Assembly (NCBI GenBank): GCA_964567575.1
Contig: CAZMMZ010000010.1
Coordinates: 1-38,839 of the forward strand
Reading direction: 5' to 3'
Source: Candidatus Undinarchaeota archaeon
GTDB lineage: Archaea; Undinarchaeota; Undinarchaeia; Undinarchaeales; UBA543
DNA length: 38,839 bases
Shown here: positions 34,378-38,839 of the stretch, piece by piece
Numbering within the stretch: the first letter of the stretch is position 1
How the letters are laid out: the number at the start of each line of letters is the position of its first letter
Translations under genes and position numbers: made by a program
Notes under the pieces: model-generated
The model's database searches: none
What the model was told of the DNA's origin: nothing
What the model saw: the letters and a program-made list of their open reading frames with translations, nothing else

Positions 34378-35118
34378 TTAGTTTTTCTTTCCTTTTGGAA
34401 AGTTGACCTCCATCCAAACCCAAACAAGTTCTTTACAAACATCAAGAATTGTTAATGGACTTAGAAGACCATTTACAACTTCGTATAATGGTTCTCCCGC
34501 GCCCCTATTAAAGTGTTGGACGCCAACAGATTTAATTTTATATCCTTTCTTTTTTGCTTTTATTAACATCTCTGTTGTGACTGTTCCGTATCTTGAATGT
34601 AAATTCAAATCTTCAACAACTTTTTTCTTTACAAGACGGAATGCTGTATTAACATCCCATAATTTCATTCGGAAGAAAACTCTAATTAAAAAATTATAAC
34701 TAAAAGAAATTATTTTACGAAGGAACGGATCATTTCGTTTTAATTTGTACCCAGCAATAATATCATAATCATTTATGTACGGCAAGAACTTTTCGAAATC
34801 ATTCAAATCAAATTGATTATCTGAATCTGAATAAAAGATGTTTTCATAGATTGCAGATTTCAAACCAATTCGATACGCCTTGCCAATACCATGATCATCT
34901 TTTTTCTGAATAATAATCCGGATATTCGAATCCTTTTTCATATGCTGGTGTATAATTTCTCTTGTCCGATCGGTAGATCCTTCGTAAAGTACAATTATAA
35001 TTTCATAATTCTTTGCATGCTTTTTCAAAACACTTTGAGCATCTTCAATAACTTTTGCAATATTCCCCTCTTCATTATACGCAGGGAAAAACATTGAAAT
35101 GTTATACTTTTCAGTCAT
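34378..35118 (-). CDS. GT2 polyprenol-phosphate glycosyltransferase (DPM1-like)
   Basis: FFPAYNEEGNI, GSTDRT, GIGKAYRIG, DSDNQF, DVNTAFRL, EMLIKA, HFNRGAG. The usual VDDGS reads LYEGS. Confidence 0.85.
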   Translation of the reverse strand: MTEKYNISMFFPAYNEEGNIAKVIEDAQSVLKKHAKNYEIIIVLYEGSTDRTREIIHQHMKKDSNIRIIIQKKDDHGIGKAYRIGLKSAIYENIFYSDSDNQFDLNDFEKFLPYINDYDIIAGYKLKRNDPFLRKIISFSYNFLIRVFFRMKLWDVNTAFRLVKKKVVEDLNLHSRYGTVTTEMLIKAKKKGYKIKSVGVQHFNRGAGEPLYEVVNGLLSPLTILDVCKELVWVWMEVNFPKGKKN

Positions 35119-35120
35119 GC

Positions 35121-35774
35121 TTATTTGTGCTTCTTTTTGTAATCTTCCCAGAAGTCTAAGAACTCTTGAATTGTTTCTTTGGTTCGGGCGTGCACATGCA
35201 TCTTGTTTAAGATGGCTGGAGGGATTGTAATAATGTGTGCTCCTGCGCGCATTGAATACATTGCATCTGCAACTGAACGGATACTTCCAGAAATAATCTT
35301 AGCTTCGAAGCCAGATCTTTCAAACAAATCAACAGCATCGCTCATTTCGTAAATAGCATCATATCCCATGTCTCCGATTCTTCCGTAGAAAAGTGAAACA
35401 TAAGTTGCTCCAGCTTTTGCAGCTAGAACTGCTTGACTTGAACTCATGCAGCAAGTAACATTTGTTTTAATTCCTTTTTCCTTGCAGATTTTTGTAGCTT
35501 TGAGACCATTTGCATCCATTGGGATTTTAACAACAACATTGTCTCCCCAAGTGGCATATTCAACAGCTTCCTTAACCATTTCGTCAACATCTATTGTAGT
35601 GACCTCAATACTTACTGGGCCTTTGACAATCTTGAGGATTTCCTTCATTCTTGTCTCAAATTCGCAACCTTCCTTTGCAACAATTGCAGGGTTGGTTGTA
35701 CAACCATCAATGATTCCCATATCAATGGCATTCTGAATTTCTTCTAAATTTGCAGTGTCTATGTATATATCCAT
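35121..35774 (-). CDS. tal: Transaldolase (small TalC/FSA-like subfamily)
   Basis: IDTAN, TTNP, SIEV (Glu, transaldolase-type), Schiff-base VVKIP, FYGR (Phe, transaldolase-type), SIR. Confidence 0.9.
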   Translation of the reverse strand: MDIYIDTANLEEIQNAIDMGIIDGCTTNPAIVAKEGCEFETRMKEILKIVKGPVSIEVTTIDVDEMVKEAVEYATWGDNVVVKIPMDANGLKATKICKEKGIKTNVTCCMSSSQAVLAAKAGATYVSLFYGRIGDMGYDAIYEMSDAVDLFERSGFEAKIISGSIRSVADAMYSMRAGAHIITIPPAILNKMHVHARTKETIQEFLDFWEDYKKKHK

Positions 35775-35775
35775 T

Positions 35776-36378
35776 TTATTTTTCCTCTATGTTTTTGATT
35801 ATTAATGCAGCCTCATATAAATCCTTAACCTTGTGGTCAGGATTGTTTGGCTTTTCTGTAATTAAATCACTATGAGTTTCGAGCATTGGATGCTCTACTT
35901 TGATTGTGGTGCAGCCTAGCGAATTTCCAACTTTAATATCTCGCCAGCTATCTCCAATCATGTATGAGTTTTTCAAATCAATGTCAAACTTTTCTTTTGC
36001 TTGCAGAAACATTCCTTGTCCTGGTTTTCTGCAATCGCAGATTTTTGTAAACTCAGGAACTTTTCCTTTACCAGGTTCTGAATGTGGGCAATAATAAACA
36101 CCATCCACATTTGCACCCCGAACTTCAAGATCTTTTATCATTTTTTCGTGGATTTGCTCCACAAGTTCAACAGTTGTTTTTGCTTTTGCAATTGCAGGTT
36201 GATTTGTAACCACAATTGCGAGGAATCCAAGATCATTAATGATTTTGATTCCATCAGCTGCTTTTGGAAGCAGTTTGAATTCCTCTGGTTTCAGAGGACT
36301 GTCAATGTAATTTTTCTCAGTAATGTAAACAGGTTCGTTTATTGTACTATCTCTGTCAATGAAAACTGCGCGATTCAT
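35776..36378 (-). CDS. gmhB: D-glycero-D-manno-heptose-1,7-bisphosphate phosphatase (HAD-IIIA)
   Basis: FIDRDSTI, VVTNQ, zinc motif CPH...CDCRKP, YMIGDSWRD. Confidence 0.9.
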   Translation of the reverse strand: MNRAVFIDRDSTINEPVYITEKNYIDSPLKPEEFKLLPKAADGIKIINDLGFLAIVVTNQPAIAKAKTTVELVEQIHEKMIKDLEVRGANVDGVYYCPHSEPGKGKVPEFTKICDCRKPGQGMFLQAKEKFDIDLKNSYMIGDSWRDIKVGNSLGCTTIKVEHPMLETHSDLITEKPNNPDHKVKDLYEAALIIKNIEEK

Positions 36379-36977
36379 CCTTCGTTCTCAATCTTCTCCT
36401 TGAGTAAGTTTGCAATCAAATGCTCAACTGCAACATGAAGTGATTCTGTGTGAGGTGTGCTTTCAACAGGCACAACAATACAATGATCTGCCATTTGTTT
36501 CATTGCTCCACCATCGAATCCTGCAATACCGATTGCAACTCCACCATTATCTTTTGCATATTGTAATCCTTTGAGTAGGTTTTGTGACCATGCTCCAGCC
36601 TTGTCGCTTCCTGAACCACCGTGAACACTGTAAGCAATTACAACATCCCCAGATTCAAAGAAGTTCTTGAGCTGTTCAACATAAATCTCTCCCCAGCCAT
36701 CATCATTTGTAAGTGCACTTACAAGTGGAATATTGTCAACAAGTGCAGTTGCTTTGAATCGCTTTTTTCCTTCAACAATTGTGCATTTGTTCAAGTCGCA
36801 CATCATGTGTGTTGCTGTGCTAGCTGAGCCACCGTTTCCGATTATGAAAACACGATTTCCATTTTGCCATGCTTTGAAGAGCGCGTCTACTACAGCGCTG
36901 ACTTCCTCAACAGGTATCTTTCCAATTACTTCTTGCATTTCAGAAAAGTACTTCTGAATATACTCTATATTGTCCAT
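36375..36977 (-). CDS. SIS-domain phosphosugar isomerase, divergent GmhA paralogue
   Basis: IGNGGSASTATHMMCDL, SALTNDDG, SVHGG in place of STSG, HTESLH in place of RIQExH. Start at 36977 (ATG) or 36986 (TTG). Confidence 0.82.
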   Translation of the reverse strand: MDNIEYIQKYFSEMQEVIGKIPVEEVSAVVDALFKAWQNGNRVFIIGNGGSASTATHMMCDLNKCTIVEGKKRFKATALVDNIPLVSALTNDDGWGEIYVEQLKNFFESGDVVIAYSVHGGSGSDKAGAWSQNLLKGLQYAKDNGGVAIGIAGFDGGAMKQMADHCIVVPVESTPHTESLHVAVEHLIANLLKEKIENEG

Positions 36978-37031
36978 TATTATCAAAAAAAATGTCAGGA
37001 AAAGTAGTTTTAAAGGTTATGGATTTTAGTG

Positions 37032-37997
37032 TCAGTTAGCTTTGTAGAGCTCTGAAACAACTTTAAAATTCCCATATGCATCTTCAATTGAACTCATAAC
37101 TTCGCGCTTTTCTTTGATTGCTGTTGAGAATTCTTGGTACTCTTTCTTCCAAGAGTCATCTTCATCCCAGCTCCACTCTTGTTTGTCTGGAATTCCCATT
37201 TCTGGTTTCATTTTCCAAAACGTTAATGTCTCTTTACCGTAGCTTTTGCCAAGCCCATTAATTAAAAGCAAACCAGTTTTGCAATGAATTTCAAAACTGA
37301 ATAAATTCTTCCATTGTGTGCAGGATGCAGTTAGGAATGCAACTTTTCCAGAATCGTTTTTCAAAATTGCAAAACCATTATCCTCCACAGGCATATCCCA
37401 GAAGAAAGTTCCAATATGACCTTGAACATCTGTGAAGTTTCCACAGAACCATCGTGCCAAATCAATTAAGTGAGTTCCTTGATCAAGCATCTCTCCACCG
37501 CCAGATTTTTGCGGATCTGCACGCCACTCTTTTTCATATCCAAGTCGACCACCGTGTCCATATCTTCCGCGCACATACATCACTTCACCAATTTCTCCAG
37601 AATCAACAATTTCTCTGGCTTTCAAAAATGAAGGATGGAATCTATGATTATAACCAATCTTAACTGTAACACCATTTGTCTTAGCAATATTCATCATGCG
37701 CTCGTATTCATCAATTGTTCGCGCACCTGGCTTTTCAATAAGACAATGTTTGCCATTATTCATTGCATCAATTGCAATTTCTGCAAGAAATTGATTTGTA
37801 GTTGCAATAATAACAACTTCAACTTCAGAATTTTGCATAACTTCGTGAGAATCTGTTGTGAATTTGCAATTGTGTTTCTCAGAAAGTTCTTTGGCTCGCT
37901 GTTCATTAACATCGGCTACTATAACAAGCTCATCTTCCCCTAAGAAATCCGCCCGCCTGCTGCCGATTAAACCGCAGCCAATTATACCAACTTTCAT
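37032..37997 (-). CDS. Gfo/Idh/MocA family oxidoreductase
   Basis: IIGCGLIG, CLIEKP, GYNHRF, GGEMLDQGTHLID, VEDN. Confidence 0.92.
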   Translation of the reverse strand: MKVGIIGCGLIGSRRADFLGEDELVIVADVNEQRAKELSEKHNCKFTTDSHEVMQNSEVEVVIIATTNQFLAEIAIDAMNNGKHCLIEKPGARTIDEYERMMNIAKTNGVTVKIGYNHRFHPSFLKAREIVDSGEIGEVMYVRGRYGHGGRLGYEKEWRADPQKSGGGEMLDQGTHLIDLARWFCGNFTDVQGHIGTFFWDMPVEDNGFAILKNDSGKVAFLTASCTQWKNLFSFEIHCKTGLLLINGLGKSYGKETLTFWKMKPEMGIPDKQEWSWDEDDSWKKEYQEFSTAIKEKREVMSSIEDAYGNFKVVSELYKAN

Positions 37998-38752
37998 TTA
38001 TTTAGATTCTCCAAAAGACGCTCATCAATACGTCTTAGAGCATACATATCAGAATCTGAAGTTTCAGAAGTCCATTCTTCATAATTATCTTTGATGTGAA
38101 TGAACTTTCCAGTGATTCCATTTGATTTTTCAGAAACAAGGAATAAAATAAGTTTAACAACATCTTCTGGATTTGCCCACTCTGAAGGATGCTCATCAAC
38201 TTTTTCCTTGTCCCAGAGTTTTGTCTTGTGCGCGCCAGGAGCTATAACATTAATATCAGTATTTTTGAGTTCTTGTGAAAGTTCTTCTGTGAAACGAACA
38301 ACGCCTGCTTTTGAAGTTGCATACGCAGAATGTAATGGCCTTGCAAATGCAGCACCACCACCAGAAACGTTTATGATTTTTCCAGGATTAGATTGCTCTA
38401 ATTTACTAGTTGCTGCTTTGCAGCAATTCACAGTTCCGAAAAGATTTACATTAACAACTTGTTCCCAATCACTTACACTTGAATTTGAAAGTGGTTCAGT
38501 TGGTCCGAGAATTCCAGCGCAGTTTACAAGAACATCAATTTGTGGAAGTTCTTTGAAGAATTTTTCAATTGAAAGATAATCAGTAACATTGCATGCAAAG
38601 AATTTTGTATTCTCTCCGATTTCTTTTGCAGCTTGCTCAAGAGCTTCCCCGTGTCGTGCAACAAGAACTACTTGGAAATCAGTATCATGCAACGCTTTTG
38701 CAATGATCTTTCCAATACCCCCTGTTCCACCTGTAACTATTGCTGTTTTCAT
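37994..38752 (-). CDS. Classical short-chain dehydrogenase/reductase
   Basis: VTGGTGGIG, VNCAG, NVSGGGA, YATSK. Confidence 0.92.
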   Translation of the reverse strand: MKTAIVTGGTGGIGKIIAKALHDTDFQVVLVARHGEALEQAAKEIGENTKFFACNVTDYLSIEKFFKELPQIDVLVNCAGILGPTEPLSNSSVSDWEQVVNVNLFGTVNCCKAATSKLEQSNPGKIINVSGGGAAFARPLHSAYATSKAGVVRFTEELSQELKNTDINVIAPGAHKTKLWDKEKVDEHPSEWANPEDVVKLILFLVSEKSNGITGKFIHIKDNYEEWTSETSDSDMYALRRIDERLLENLNK

Positions 38753-38839
38753 TTAAACATTCACCAACACTTTTGAACCGTGGAAATCAAATCCGAATCG
38801 AACTTCACTTAAACCTTGTTTCTCCATTGCAGTTCTTAA
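38753..38839 (-). CDS. C-terminal fragment of an upstream gene, probably a GHMP-family sugar kinase (HddA-like)
   Basis: The minus frame from the window edge reads LRTAMEKQGLSEVRFGFDFHGSKVLVNV*, with the stop directly abutting the SDR start. The F-x-F-D-x-x-G-S tail resembles HddA/galactokinase-type C-termini as I recall them; only 28 residues are visible. Confidence 0.5.
   Translation of the reverse strand, partial: LRTAMEKQGLSEVRFGFDFHGSKVLVNV

Noticed and set aside
3190-34445. Longest-ORF starts in the track at 3190, 5516, 14026, 27271, 29365, 33433 and 34445
   Set aside because: They extend into promoters or upstream genes. Downstream ATGs (3229, 5606, 14053, 27298, 29440, 33403, 34376) fit promoter spacing or stop-start coupling and family N-termini.
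1000-38579. Many 60-260 aa antisense or alternate-frame ORFs in the track (e.g. 23038..23823, 38100..38579, 19422..19820)
   Set aside because: They lie wholly within well-supported genes, have no recognisable motifs and look like shadow ORFs.
1-38839. tRNA, rRNA, CRISPR array, transposase/integrase or defence genes
   Set aside because: Intergenic gaps are all under about 90 nt and are explained by promoters. No repeat-spacer pattern or mobile-element motif was seen by eye.

Overview
A gene-dense, AT-rich window made up almost entirely of one surface-glycan or glycolipid biosynthesis island: 39 complete CDSs and 2 edge-truncated ones. I saw no RNA genes, CRISPR arrays or mobile elements. Most operon-leading genes start about 20-26 nt after a TATA-like (C/T)TTAAATA box with no room for a 5' leader, which points to an archaeal, streamlined (DPANN-like) host. 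That assignment is inferred from promoter layout, and no marker gene is present. Modules from left to right: (1) uronic-acid genes (SDR epimerase, GT2, UDP-glucose dehydrogenase); (2) a deacetylase-fold + FemAB/GNAT pair; (3) ADP-heptose genes gmhA-hldA-hldC plus a GT9; (4) a phosphonate pathway: PEP mutase fused to a nucleotidyltransferase domain, split phosphonopyruvate decarboxylase, Fe-dependent reductase, cytidylyltransferase, B12 radical SAM enzyme, CDP-alcohol phosphotransferase and methyltransferase, followed by a 623-aa orphan transferase; (5) radical SAM/SPASM, HisF-HisH fusion and N-acetyl sugar amidotransferase (acetamidino module); (6) a legionaminic-acid-type pathway with embedded deacetylase, formyltransferase and FolD, then a flippase; (7) a minus-strand operon (kinase fragment, SDR, Gfo/Idh/MocA, divergent SIS isomerase, GmhB, transaldolase, DPM-like GT2, epimerase, GT-C) resembling GDP-heptose or lincosamide-octose chemistry. 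The best candidate for an undescribed system is module 4: fosfomycin-like early chemistry (HEP, CMP-HEP, B12-dependent methylation) apparently redirected into a phosphonolipid or phosphonoglycan in a putative archaeon. All product assignments come from motifs recognised by eye, and no database search was run.
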